A stretch of DNA of 64,000 bases from Eledone cirrhosa (Eukaryota): positions 52,328,001 to 52,392,000 of the forward strand of contig OZ024745.1 of assembly GCA_964016885.1 (NCBI GenBank), written 5' to 3'. The position numbers were made by a program, and so were the translations under genes. A model generated the notes under the pieces. It saw only the letters and a program-made list of their open reading frames with translations. It was not told where the DNA came from and did no database searches. The stretch's first letter is position 1; every line of letters starts with the position of its first letter. Below, piece after piece: positions 14,784 through 27,872 of the stretch.

Positions 14784-14833
14784 TATAATAAATAAATAAC
14801 AAAGAACGCTTATAGCATATGCATATCTTTACT

Positions 14834-14879
14834 TGCTAACATTGTTTCATCCACACTATAAGTGGGACTCATCAGAGCA
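14834..14879 (-). ncRNA. Minimal type I hammerhead ribozyme, canonical core (family E, left arm)
   Basis: Reverse complement of the HHR at 18602-18647. Confidence 0.85.
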
Positions 14880-15564
14880 TAAAGGTTAAATTACATACCA
14901 TACAAGCAATAACAAATCCAAGACATTGAAGAATGAAAGGTAATAATAGACGATAGAGGATAAGAATAAAAAGTAAATAAAAATAAAAGTGAAAATAAAA
15001 ATAAAAATAAAAATAAGGGGTGCTATCTGTCACAGTTGGGCGGTGTGATGTCAACATATAGTTACATACAAGCATACACATGGATAAGAGAACAGACAAG
15101 AGTAGACACATGGATAAGAGAACAGACAAGAGTAGATAAGATAATGGGATTAGGTAAGAGTAGGTAAAAAATAGGTAAAAAATAGGTAAAAAACAGACTT
15201 ATAATATATATAAAAAGAAATACAAAGAAATACATAACAAACTTACATATAAAATATAAAATATAGGGTAAGGAATGAGATAAAATAATATACAATTAAA
15301 AATTAAAAATTATATACATAGAACATAATATAGTATAATCGTAAAATAAGATAAAATAAGGTAAACTAAATTCAAATAACATAGACTAAATTAAAATTAA
15401 AATCAAATGTGTAATTATAATTATATGTATAATTAAATGTAATTAAATGTAATTAAATAAATAAATAAAGAAAGAAATAAATAAATAAAAATTAAAAATT
15501 AAATAAATAAATAAAATTAAAATTTAAATTTTAAAATTTTAAAATTAAAATCTAAATTTAAATA

Positions 15565-15603
<39 letters not shown>

Positions 15604-18601
15604 ATGGAGTCAAGTAAGTAAATAAATAAAATTAGATAACATGAAATGAAATAAAATAAAATGAAATAAAGTAAATTGAGATAAGATATATATTTTTTTA
15701 GAATATATCTCTTGAATATATCAGGGGCCCACGAAGGCACTAAATGTCACAGTTATGTTTATCACTTGACCAATTTTTCAAAATACATTTCTTGAAAACA
15801 TCAGGGTCCACGAAGGCACTAAGTGTCACAGTCACCAGTATCACTTGACCATTGCAAGGCAATGGAGGCGTCCCAGGTTGGGCAGTCTCGAAAGTTCACT
15901 CGAAAGTCATGGGTGTGCATTCACACAGTTGAGCGGTGGGGTAATCACAAACCGGTTCACACACCAATTTTTTAAAAATATATATTTCTTGAGAACATCA
16001 GGGGCCCACGAAGGCGCTAAGTGTCACAGTCACCAGTATCACTCGAGCGGTGGGGTAATCACAAACCGGTTCAACACGGGCAGGAGTCAAATGGTCAGAA
16101 AGGTGCATCAAAGGAGTTAGAAGAATTCACATGCAAGCGTTAGGTTAAAGCAAGCAGGTACAGTTGTAGCGCATGCAAAATACAAAATATAAAAGCCATT
16201 AAGTCACCGCATTGGGACATCACAAGATTGTACACATCAATATGTTCAGTACGTATATGCACGTATACACACCACATGCACATGCAGAGACGGTATACAT
16301 ATATATATATATATTTTTTTTTATATATATATACACAGACACATATAACCACCTACACCCATACACATATAAATGTATACGTATGGATATGTATACGAGT
16401 CTGTGAATGTATACGTATGGATATTGATCTTGATATTGGGGTGTGCAGGGGAGTGTATGTTAATAAGCACCCCTGTTTGGTACAGTGGATGTAACCCATC
16501 CACGCTGGCCTACCCACCATTAGTGCATTGGTGGACCTATCCTGACGTATATCTTGTTGATTTGTACCTCTGTATGCGCATGAGTTGTGATGTAATGTAT
16601 TTATGTAAAGCGTATACTGTGATTTAGGCTGCACTAGTAGAAATTTAGCCTGTAACTGTGGCGGACCCGAGCCATCCTGCCGTAAGCAGTGGATACGTGG
16701 CGCATATATGTGTTGCCCTCATATTCTGTGGTTCAAGATCTACAGGCTGACCTCTGGGAACTCTTACCCGGGGTTGTAGTCTTTCTAGCACGATCGGCCT
16801 TCCTTATATTGACGGTCGTTTTTATGATCCCGAAAGTAACGTTTTGGCCCCGATGGCCCTCCGTAGTTACTAACGGTCTGTGTACACTCGAATCGGTCAA
16901 TGGCACGTGCAGACATGAATATCTCCGTTGGATTTCAACTGTATTTTAATACATCTCATCGTATGTATTTGTTTGAATATATTACCTGTGGTGGTGGGTC
17001 TGATCTAATGTGGTATTTCGGTGTTTAATATTTAATATTGTATTTAATATCGTATTTAATATCGACTTTGACCCGGGTATCCTACGCTGTGTGTGTGTGC
17101 GTGTGTGCCCGTGTATACATTTATATGTGTATGGGTGTAGGTGGTTATATGTGTCTGTGTATATATATATAAAAAAAAAATATATATATATATGTATACC
17201 GTCTCTGCATGTGCATGTGGTGTGTATACGTGCATATACGTACTGAACATATTGATGTGTACAATCTTGTGATGTCCCAATGCGGTGACTTAATGGCTTT
17301 TATATTTTGTATTTTGCATTCGCTACAACTGTACCTGCTTGCTTTAACCTAACGCTTGCATGTGAATTCTTCTAACTCCTTTGATGCACCTTTCTGACCA
17401 TTTGACTCCTGCCCGTGTTGAACCGGTTTGTGATTACCCCACCGCTCGAGTGATACTGGTGTCTGTGACACTTAGCGCCTTCGTGGGCCCCTGATGTTCT
17501 CAAGAAATATATATTTTTAAAAAATTGGTGTGTGAACCGGTTTGTGATTACCCCACCGCTCAACTGTGTGAATGCACACCCATGACTTTCGAGTGAACTT
17601 TCGAGACTGCCCAACCTGGGACGCCTCCATTGCCTTGCAATGGTCAAGTGATACTGGTGACTGTGACACTTAGTGCCTTCGTGGGCCCCTGATGTTTTCA
17701 AGAAATGTATTTTGAAAAATTGGTCAAGTGATACACATAACTGTGACATTTAGTGCCTTCGTGGGCCCCTGATATATTCAAGAGATATATTCTAAAAAAA
17801 TATATATCTTATCTCAATTTACTTTATTTCATTTTATTTTATTTCATTTCATGTTATCTAATTTTCTTTATTTACTTACTTGACTCCATTTATTTATTTA
17901 TTTATTTATTTATTTATATTTAAATTTAGATTTTAATTTTAAAATTTTAAAATTTAAATTTAAATTTTATTTATTTATTTAATTTTTAATTTTTATTTAT
18001 TTATTTCTTTATTTATTTATTTATTTAATTACATTTAATTACATTTAATTATACATATAATTATAATTACACATTTGATTTTAATTTTAATTTAGTCTAT
18101 GTTATTTGATTTTAGTTTACCTTATTTTATCTTATTTTACGATTATACTATATTATGTTCTATGTATATAATTTTTAATTTTTAATTGTATATTATTTTA
18201 TCTCATTCCTTACCCTATATTTTATATTTTATATGTAAGTTTGTTATGTATTTCTTTGTATTTCTTTTTATATATATTATAAGTCTGTTTTTTACCTATT
18301 TTTTACCTATTTTTTACCTACTCTTACCTAATCCCATTATCTTATCTACTCTTGTCTGTTCTCTTATCCATGTGTCTACTCTTGTCTGTTCTCTTATCCA
18401 TGTGTATGCTTGTATGTAACTATATGTTGACAGCACACCGCCCAACTGTGACAGATAGCACCCCTTATTTTTATTTTTATTTTTATTTTCACTTTTATTT
18501 TTATTTACTTTTTATTCTTATCCTCTATCGTCTATTATTACCTTTCATTCTTCAATGTCTTGGATTTGTTATTGCTTGTATGGTATGTAATTTAACCTTT
18601 A

Positions 18602-18647
18602 TGCTCTGATGAGTCCCACTTATAGTGTGGATGAAACAATGTTAGCA
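18602..18647 (+). ncRNA. Minimal type I hammerhead ribozyme, canonical core (family E, right arm)
   Basis: tgct-CTGATGA-gtcccac ttata gtgtggat-GAAAC-aat-GTT-agca. Stem I can extend as ctttatgct/agcaagtaaag. Confidence 0.85.
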
Positions 18648-18790
18648 AGTAAAGATATGCATATGCTATAAGCGTTCTTTGTTATTTATTTATTATATTA
18701 CGGCTCTGTCCTCAGACATTGAGCTAACCTCATACTGCCTGCTGGATAAGTGGAGTGTTATACACCCCTGATCCTTTCCCTAGCATACTA

Positions 18791-19160
<370 letters not shown>

Positions 19161-22100
19161 TTAGTGAAATATGTGATTATTGTGTAGTACGCCGTTATTG
19201 TCTTTGGTGAGATGAGATAAGCGTTATGCACATTATTATCCATGGGCCATCATGTTTAACCGAGACTGCTCCAATGCGTTTAAGTTTAGAGACATAGCTA
19301 ATATGTAGGCATGTAAATTCGACAGAAAATACAAATTTAATCAATTTATGGATTTTATTGAACCCTCATCAGAAAATATATATATCATCCAATCAACCAC
19401 AAGGAATCATGCATTTGATAGGTATACGTACCCATTCTTAGTATTTGTCTGAAATGGGCATATTTATCCGCATATAATGTGCACTACTAATGGTAATTTG
19501 TCAATGTATATAGTAAGAAGGGGGCTTGCAGCTGTAGTGGATGATTAAACTATCTCTGTATAAATATAGAGTGTGTAACTGGGTCTGCACCAATGTGCAT
19601 AAATATGTACACATATCTATTAGGTAGACATGTAAACATGCCAAAAGATCGAGCTTCCCCGTAGATGGAAAAAATGAAAAATGTGTGTTTAATCTGATAT
19701 GTGTGAGTATATGGCCGATAAACAGATACAGAAAAAACAAAGCAAAGCAACATTCATCATTGAAGAAAGAAATAACGATATTTGTAGAATGATATTAAAG
19801 ATATATACCTTGGATCTACTGAGCGGAATTAGTACATAAAACTGTATTAGAAAATCAGTAAATAAATCATAAATTGTAGTTGAAGGCAAATGTAAATGCG
19901 TATGATTTAAAACAGCTATTTTCCGAGGAAATCAATCAAGTTAATTGTATACTGTATAACACCGTATTAAAATGGTTTGTGAGCGTGTCGAGAGTAACCT
20001 TCTTCAATAAACGTCGAAAAGCATATACTGTTTATTTCTGTAAATTTAGGAAATAATCCCCAAATTGATAGACGTATTAGAGAAATAAACAAATAAGTCA
20101 TAATTATGTTTAAAATTATTAATACGTAGTTAAAGACATATACTTGCTTGAAGCACTGGCTATTCCGCTTTGTTTATCGCTTAAAATATGCACAACATGT
20201 TTAACTCGATGAAAAATCAATATATACTTTAAGGTATTTTCTGAAATGATCCATTTTAGATTTGATATTGAGTCTATTACTCTACAATGTAATTAAGTAT
20301 AATCACATGGCATCTCTGGAAACATTTCTATAGAGATTGAATTAACTTTCTAGACAAAAGGCAACACTACATGAAGCCATAGATTCTATCCGTCATATTA
20401 CTTCATAATAAGTACTGGAAAGAATATTTTTCATTCAGGTGAAATAATTAAATCGGAATATCGATAGGATAGTTTCAAAGTAATTTAGAGATATCAGGTT
20501 AATTCATTAATGCTAGTTTCTATTTAATTATTTCATATATTATAATTTTAGAGTGATCTCCCTCATATAATAATTATCTTTAACCCGAATGATTTTTTCT
20601 TTACTTCCAAAGTATAAATGTGATTGATTAGTATGCTACTTTACACAAAAGGATACCAATATACATAAACACAACCGTTCACACACACGCGCTCGCATTT
20701 GTAGATATGTATGTGAATGAGTGTTTCTCTGTGTGTCTTTCAGGTTATAATGAGTCTAATTTTAGAAGAACAGAACAAGACGTTCGAATAAAATGACTGA
20801 GGAACACTCAACTGTGTATGCCATCGTCATTCTTCTATTCTAATTCTTAAATAAGTGCTTGATAAATAGAACAATTTCGATGTTATGATATTGCGTGCAA
20901 CAAAAATCGAAAAATCTTAAATAATTAGAATCACTTTCTTGTTAATTATTCCTAACTTTTCTCAGAAAATACGTATTACATTGGCGCCTGCTTTAGTATT
21001 TTCTTGTTACATTACTTTTAAATTTTCGTATACCAGATTTTTTGTATGCATTATTGCATCACACATATGATGTGAAAGTGTATAAATTTGTATATGATTT
21101 TGCCGTTTACCAATATCATTATAATACCGATTGCATAGTAAATTTTCAATTATTTCATGTTATCTCATTTGCGAGTATAATGACCAGAGTTAATTTAAAT
21201 AATATTACCGTCTTTCTTATAGCAGTTACATCCTAAATTGTTTAACATGTGTTTATAGGATGCGTGTTGTAACTAATTTAAACACTTCTACGTTAAATGT
21301 ATACGGGTTATTAATATGGAATGTTGAGCACCGATATTTCTCTATACATATTACTTGAATGGATAGAACCACTATATTTCAAGGATATACTATAGCTATA
21401 CTTCAGTGTAACATTTTCGTTGGCGAAGGATGTGATACATCAGATCAATGATTTTTGCTTTTATCTATCAATAAAATCGTAATACATCAGTACACAGGAT
21501 TTCCTGATGTTGTATCAGTTATTTTTTATTCTACATTTGATATTTTGTTATGTCAAGTTCTAGTTGATATTTGTTCATAATACTTAAACTTTTTGCTACG
21601 TTTCTGAAAATATTTCGAACTTCTTTCTGATCTTTTTATATTATCCATATTTCGTGCTTTTAATGTTTGTATCCTATGGAATTAGACATGGTTTTGTCAT
21701 AAATCCAATCCGCCTTCTCTATCGGAAAAATAGCTTTGATCCGTCTGGAACGTACGCTTCTTCGTGTATTGGTTTATTTTCTGCAACTATATTTTTAGCT
21801 ATATTCTTTAGGTCAGAGGTCTTTGCTTATAGTCTTTTATTACCGTGGGGATTTCTGTGAGTCTCGCATTATTTTTGTTTCAAGGGCCAATGTATTATGA
21901 TATATTTTTCAATTTTTTCTCTCTGATATACTGATGTTTGTTCACCCTTTTGATGTTTTCCTTGAATCATATTTTAAACGATGAAATCGCATATATTTTC
22001 AATACTACATTCTCGTTTTTATCTCGACTTCACTATAGTTTATCTTTTCATCTATCAGTATAATAATATCACTGCAATAATATTTTTATGAATTTGTTAT

Positions 22101-22391
22101 GAAGAAACAATAATAATAAAAATAATAATAATAATAATGCTTTCTTTATTAACCACAAGGGATTACATAAAGTAGACATTAAGGATAGTACAGGACAATA
22201 CAGGACGGTACAAATGGGCAGTTCTGCGAGTACAAAAACAAAAACAGAGGATGTAACAAAAAAATAACAATGACAAAATTCCCCAATAGGGGGGATACTT
22301 TCGAAGGACATTTGTGGAGAAAGCCCATTAAAAGGCCACAGTGACCCTGACCACCAGGGCAAGTGCCCTCTCCCAGTTTTCCACCTTTAAT

Positions 22392-23822
22392 TTACAGACA
22401 CATACTCAGAGTAGACCCATTCACTCGGGCCATACTTGCTTCTCTCACACATCTTTCAACAGAATGCTGGGAAGAGAGCACTTCCCACTCTACCCTGATT
22501 TTCCTTTTCAAATGAAATTTGAAAAAGTTAATCACTGCATCACTGAAGAGGTACGTGCTCGTCTTCAGCCCTTTCAAACGTGTCCACAGTACTATCTCTT
22601 TCGCCATGGCGACCAGACAGATAAAAACTGCCTGCCCTTCCCGGCTAAAGGAAGAGGGCGTGGCAATCCTCACGATGGACTCAGCTGATATCTGGATCCG
22701 TCCTACACGTGACAGCAGGTGTTCGACATAAACCCACAAGTCAGCAATGCTCGGACACAGGACGAGTGCGTGCAGGACAGTTCCGTTGCCCTGCACGCAT
22801 CTCGGACATGCCCGTAGAGTTTATCCCGAACTGGCAAAGCTCTTCGGTAGCACTGCCAGACCAGGGATTTCTGGAAGTTGTCCATAGGCCCCGGCCCGAA
22901 AGTTCTTCCGAAGAGATTGGCTAGTTGATTTTCGTCGACGCCTACAGTTTCTCCAATTACGTCGTCGCTCTTCCCCTCCACTAATCCTCTATAGAACGCC
23001 AAGGTGGAGTTTCCACCTATCACATTGCCCGACTGGTCGAGGGCTGTGAGCGCCTGAAGACATTCCAGTCTCCAAGCGCTCCCTCTCGGCCTTCGATTGA
23101 CCCAGGACTGCAGCTCCGTCAAGGAGACGAGCTGGGGAAAGACGCGTCTAGCAAACGGCTACCACACCTGATCACCGTCGAGGAAGAGTGGAGATGTCGT
23201 AGCCTGAGCGCGTGTCTGCGCATCATCAGCCACGGCATGCCCAGCCCTTCACGTAGCGGGTGTTGACAGCAGATGGACCGCTTGAAAATCGGAGCGCGCC
23301 CCTTCCACAAAAAGCGAAAGAGCAAACGCTCCAGCGCAGTCAGGCGGGGCTTAGGACAAGATACGACGGTCAGGCGGTAGTAGATGACGGACTCGATGTA
23401 CGCGTTAGCCACCTCCGCTCGACCTTTCAGGGATAACTTCCTCTCCGCCCATTTCTGGATGAGAGAAGCCACCCTGCTCGTAACCTCGTCCCAGTTTTTG
23501 TCCGTCTGGAGATCCGGACCGAACCAGACACCTAGCAATTTAACCGGTCCGTCCGTCCAGCGCCCGGCGACGCTGTTGGACGGCATGGACCTGCCTCCAC
23601 AGGTGCCGAGCTGCAGGCCCACTGAGTTTTCCTGGTTGTCACCGCTTCGTATGCTCTTAGTGTCGTGCCGATCGCCTCGATGAGTTTGGCGTTCGACACC
23701 GCTACGTCGACATCGTCCGCATATGCTGACACGGATCTACCGCTTCCTAGTTCGCTCGGGACCCCCTTAGCGTCTTCAGTTTGTGCAGTAATGGCTCGAG
23801 GGTCAATACGTACAAGAGGGAC
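22392..23822 (-). pseudogene. Tx1-like ORF2, RT core to C-terminus (3' copy), frameshifted
   Basis: SVSAYADD, VKLLGVWFG, WAERKLSLKGRA, GLGMP, WQCYRRALPVRDKL and TVLHALVLCP. Confidence 0.88.
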
Positions 23823-24760
23823 TGTTGTTGCTGCTACAATTGTTGCTGCCATCCCTGCTGCTGGTGGTGTTGATGGTTGAGTCACTGGGGTGGGTAAGAG
23901 AGGTGGCCTCAACCTTTTAGCCTGAGGGCAGAAAGCCCTTAGGTGGGTTCTTTCACCACAAACAACAGACCTAGGCCTTCTGCCCTCGACGATTACGGTG
24001 AGGTGGCTGCCGTCAGTGAGGTCTATTACCTCTGAGATCTCCTCAATGCTTTTTTGGTCCGCTTGGATCAGGAGATCCATACCAGATCCGGACCAGTTCT
24101 CCTGCTTTTCTTTCGCTATTTCGATTATCTTGGTGTTGGCTTCGATGCCGGCGAGGACGGCAGCTATTAGCCATGGAATTTCGATGGCCGTTGGAACGTG
24201 GGTCACCCTAATCTTTACGAGTCTCTGGCCACAATAGCTTGGGACGAGTGTGAAGTCTTCACTTCTTAAAGGGGCCATGGAGTGTTCTCTAGCCTCCTGT
24301 GGTGTTTCCAAGAACACGTACACGGTTCCATATTTCTGCCCACGTCTGATGTGGGTTTTATTTGCCCACACATGTCCCAAAGCTTTTTGGATTTGGGACT
24401 CGGATGCCCGTTCAACTAGGCGCCATTTTATATTAATTGTTCGATAAGACACGGTGCATAAGTGCCGATGCTCCATTTTATTAGGTGTGTGTGTGTGTGG
24501 GGGGGGGGCTGACCCTGTACCCATCTTTCTTTACCATTTTTTTGGCTTCCTCTAATTCCTCCTGAGTTACCTGAAATGCTTCGCACTGTTTTGCTACTCT
24601 AGCAAAACTCAGGGTGGTTTTCTTAATGTCATTGTTGCTGTTGTTGTTATCGTTATTTTTGTTATTATTAATTTTAGTTTCAGTTGTGGTGGTGGTGGTG
24701 GCGTCAGTTGTGTTCTGTGTGGAAGAGTTCATTTTGGTTGAATTAATTTCGATATCACGA
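23822..24760 (-). pseudogene. Tx1-like ORF1 fragment (second copy), joined directly to RT sequence
   Basis: Similar to 28615-29381. The knuckle reads SVVCGERTHLRAFC. Confidence 0.85.
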
Positions 24761-27700
24761 CCAGACAGATAAAAACTGCCTGCCCTTCCCGGCTAAAGGA
24801 AGAGGGCGTGGCAATCCTCACGATGGACTCAGCTGATATCTGGATCCGTCCTACACGTTACAGCAGGTGTTCGACATAAACCCACAAGTCAGCAATGCTC
24901 GGACACTGGACGAGTGCGTGCAGGACGGTTTCGTCGCCCTGTGCGCATCTCGGGCATGCCCGGCTGACGGCACCTCCATGCCTGTAGAGTTTATCCCGAA
25001 CTGGCAAAGCACCCCAGGGTTTTCTGGAAGTTGTCCATAGGCCCCGGCCCGAAAGTCCTTCCGAAGAGATTGGCTATTTGATTTTCGTCGACGCCTAGAG
25101 TTTCTCCAAGTACATCGTCGCTCTTACCCTCCACTAATCCTCTATAGAACGCCAAGGTGTAGTTTCCACCGATCACATTGCCCGATTGGTCGAGGGCTGT
25201 GAGCGCCTGAAGACATTCCAGTCTCCAAGCGCTCCCTCTCGGTCTTCGCTTGACCCAGGACTGCAGCTCCGTCAAGGAGACGAGCTGGGGAAAAACGTGT
25301 CTAGCAAACGGCGACCACACCTGATCACCGTCGAGGAAGAGGTGGAGATGTCGTAGCCTGAGCGCGTGTTTGCGCATCATCAGCCACGGCATGCCCAGCC
25401 CTCCACGTAGCGGGTGTTGACAGCAGATGGGGCTTAGGACAAGGTACGACGGTCAGGCGGTAGTAGATGACGGACACGATGTACGCGTTAGCCACCTCCG
25501 CTCGACCTTTCAGGGATAGCTTCCTGTCGGCCCATTTCTGGGTGAGAGAAGCCACCCTGCTCGTCACCTCGTCCCAGTTTTTGTCCGTCTGGAGGTCTGG
25601 ACCGAACCAGACCCCTAGCAATTTAACCGGTCCGTCCGTCCAGCGCCCGACGACGCTGTTGGACGGCATGGACCTGTCTCTCCAGATGCCGAGCTGCAGG
25701 CCCACTGCTTTTCCTGGTTGATCATTGCTCCTGTCACCGCTTCGTATTCTCTTAGTGTAGTGCCGATCGCCTCGATGTGTTTGGCGTTCGACACCACTAC
25801 GGTTACATCGTCCGCATATGCTGACACGGATCTTCCGCATCCTAGTTCGCGCGGGACCCCCTCAACGTCTCCAGTTTGTGCAGTAATGGCTCGAGAGTCA
25901 ATACGTACAATAGGGACGAGAGGGGACATACTTGGCGGACCGAGCGCATGATGTTGAATGGTTCCGAAAGGTGACCGTTCACTCTCACTACAGAGCAGAT
26001 GTCGCTGTGCAGCCAGCCGCCCTCAGGACTTCCGCTAGGTAACGATGGTCGACCCAATCGAAGGCTTTCGACTGATCTAAATTGATCAAAGACCCACCCG
26101 TGCCAGGTTCCCTAGCTACCCTCTCTACGATGTATCACATGAGGTGGAGGTTGTCGTAGATGGATCTGTCGGGAAAGGCGCATGACTGTGCCTCTCCCAC
26201 CAGACCACCAACGACAAGCGCCAACCTTTTTGCTAGCACCTTGGCCAAAATCTTGAACTCTGTGTTTAGCAGAGTTATGGGCCTAAAATTATCTATGTTA
26301 TCCCACTTGTTCGGATCCTTTCTCAGCAACGCCACCGCTCCTCGGCTCACAGAGCTGGGAATTCTCCCGTTCTGTTGCCAGTTGCAGTAGACGTCCGCCA
26401 AGAGGCCTCCGAACAAGTCTGGCATTTGTACGTAAAGTTCATAGGGCAGACCATCTAAACCAGTCGAGTTACCCCTTGTGCAGCCAGTCATTGCCTCCCG
26501 TACTTCAGCGGTTGTTATCGGCTTTTCGCAACACTCCTCCTCAGTGGCCGAAAGCCGCGGCAGTCCGTCGAGGTAGACACTAAAGTCCATCCCTCGATCC
26601 GGCCCGCCACTGCCCCCGAACAGTTGAGCGAAGTGTCGCTGAAAAGCTTCACACATTTGCCCGGGATCGAGTAGCATGCGCCCGTCGTGGTCCACCAAAG
26701 ACCGGATCGTGGCTTTATTTCCACGACGCGCCTCCGCCACTCGGGCCCATTGAACGGCTTTTGTCCCCTCGTGTCTGAGAGTACGCACCCTAGCTCTGAC
26801 TACGCAACCTTCAGCTTTGCATTGAAGAATTGGTCAAGGGCCAATTTCGCCGCAAGTACGTCGGTCGCGATGCCTTTGCTAAGCGCCCCGTCTAATTTTC
26901 TAACTAATTCTCCCTCTGCTCTATTTTTCTCTATTGCTAAAGCCTTACTAAACCTAAGGACTCTATTCTAATTGCTCTTTTCAGAGCAAACCACCACATG
27001 TTGTTGACGATGGCCCCCGTCAACGCCCGCTTAACTAGTTCGCTAATCCGGTCTCTGTAGGCCTTGCGCGCTGGTAAGGACGCGTTTAGCTTCCAGTAGC
27101 CGGGTCCTCGTCTATGAAGCCTATCTAAGTCAAGCACACAGATCACGAATTTGTGGTCCGTGTAGCTGACTATCTTGAATTGTGGACAGCCTATGCTAGA
27201 CCTATCTATTTCCCTACAAAATACTCTATCTAGATATGATCTGGATGACCCTATGCGATTTGTCCAAGTCCACATTGGTACATTCGGGAAATCCATTCGG
27301 TACCTGTCAGAAAGTTCAAAACGCCTGAGCAGGTTGGTGAGACTCTTGCACCCTCCTTCCCTATCCACTAATCCCACACAATCCCAGCGTGCATCTAAGA
27401 TCCCGTTCCAGTCGCCCACTAACACTAAAGAGCGGGACGTTCCAAGAAAGGTCTCCAGACGCCGGAAGAAATCAGGCCGCCCTGCTCCTGTCGGGGCATA
27501 GACGGCCACTAACCTGAAAGCTTGCCCTTCTCCGCTGGTCACGTCCAGCACTACCAACTTACCTTCTGGGTCCAGGAAGATGGCCCTTATGGCAAGACCC
27601 AAACCTCTCCAAAAAAGCACAGCAACTCCAACCCCCGATCCCGGACGGCTGGAAGATTCGTACACATCGTAGCCGCCGAAGATCGGTGCGAAGGCCCGTG

Positions 27701-27833
27701 CTTCGGAGATTGTGGTCTCGCTGATGGCCACTACATCTATGTTTAGTGACCTGAGGTCGTTGAGCAGGTGGCCCTGCTTCCATGACGACCCCAAGCCACG
27801 CGCATTTATGCTGCCTATTCTGAGTGAGGTCAT
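24761..27833 (-). pseudogene. Tx1-like ORF2 (APE endonuclease and RT), frameshifted, extreme C-terminus missing
   Basis: MTSLRIGSINARGL, VAVYAP, LVGDWN, SYLDRV, TDHK, GYWKLN, STGLDGLPYE, FRPITLLNTEFKILAK, VRQVCPLS and YADD. Confidence 0.92.
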
Positions 27834-27872
27834 GTTGAAAAGGAGTGGAAAAGATGGGAAAGACCACTTACC

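Larger units (their letters stand above)
14784..18790. mobile_element. 3.9-kb fold-back non-coding element: ~1.6-kb inverted arms, ~730-bp spacer, terminal HHRs
   Basis: 14784-16380 is the reverse complement of 17113-18698 with few differences. The right arm extends about 90 bp further, and (TA)n lies on both sides. Confidence 0.9.

Noticed and set aside
15715-16075. Repeat modules with intervening sequence, superficially CRISPR-like
   Set aside because: Eukaryotic context, irregular spacing, non-unique spacers and no cas genes.
19335-19378. Minus-strand CTGATGA followed by a short stem
   Set aside because: No GAAA core and weak stem I, so at best a dead HHR relic.
20900-22050. Possible very old PLE RT remnants (also about 8050-8360, 9600-10140 and 57640-58250)
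   Set aside because: Only vague motif echoes were visible by eye. A translated profile search is needed before calling them.
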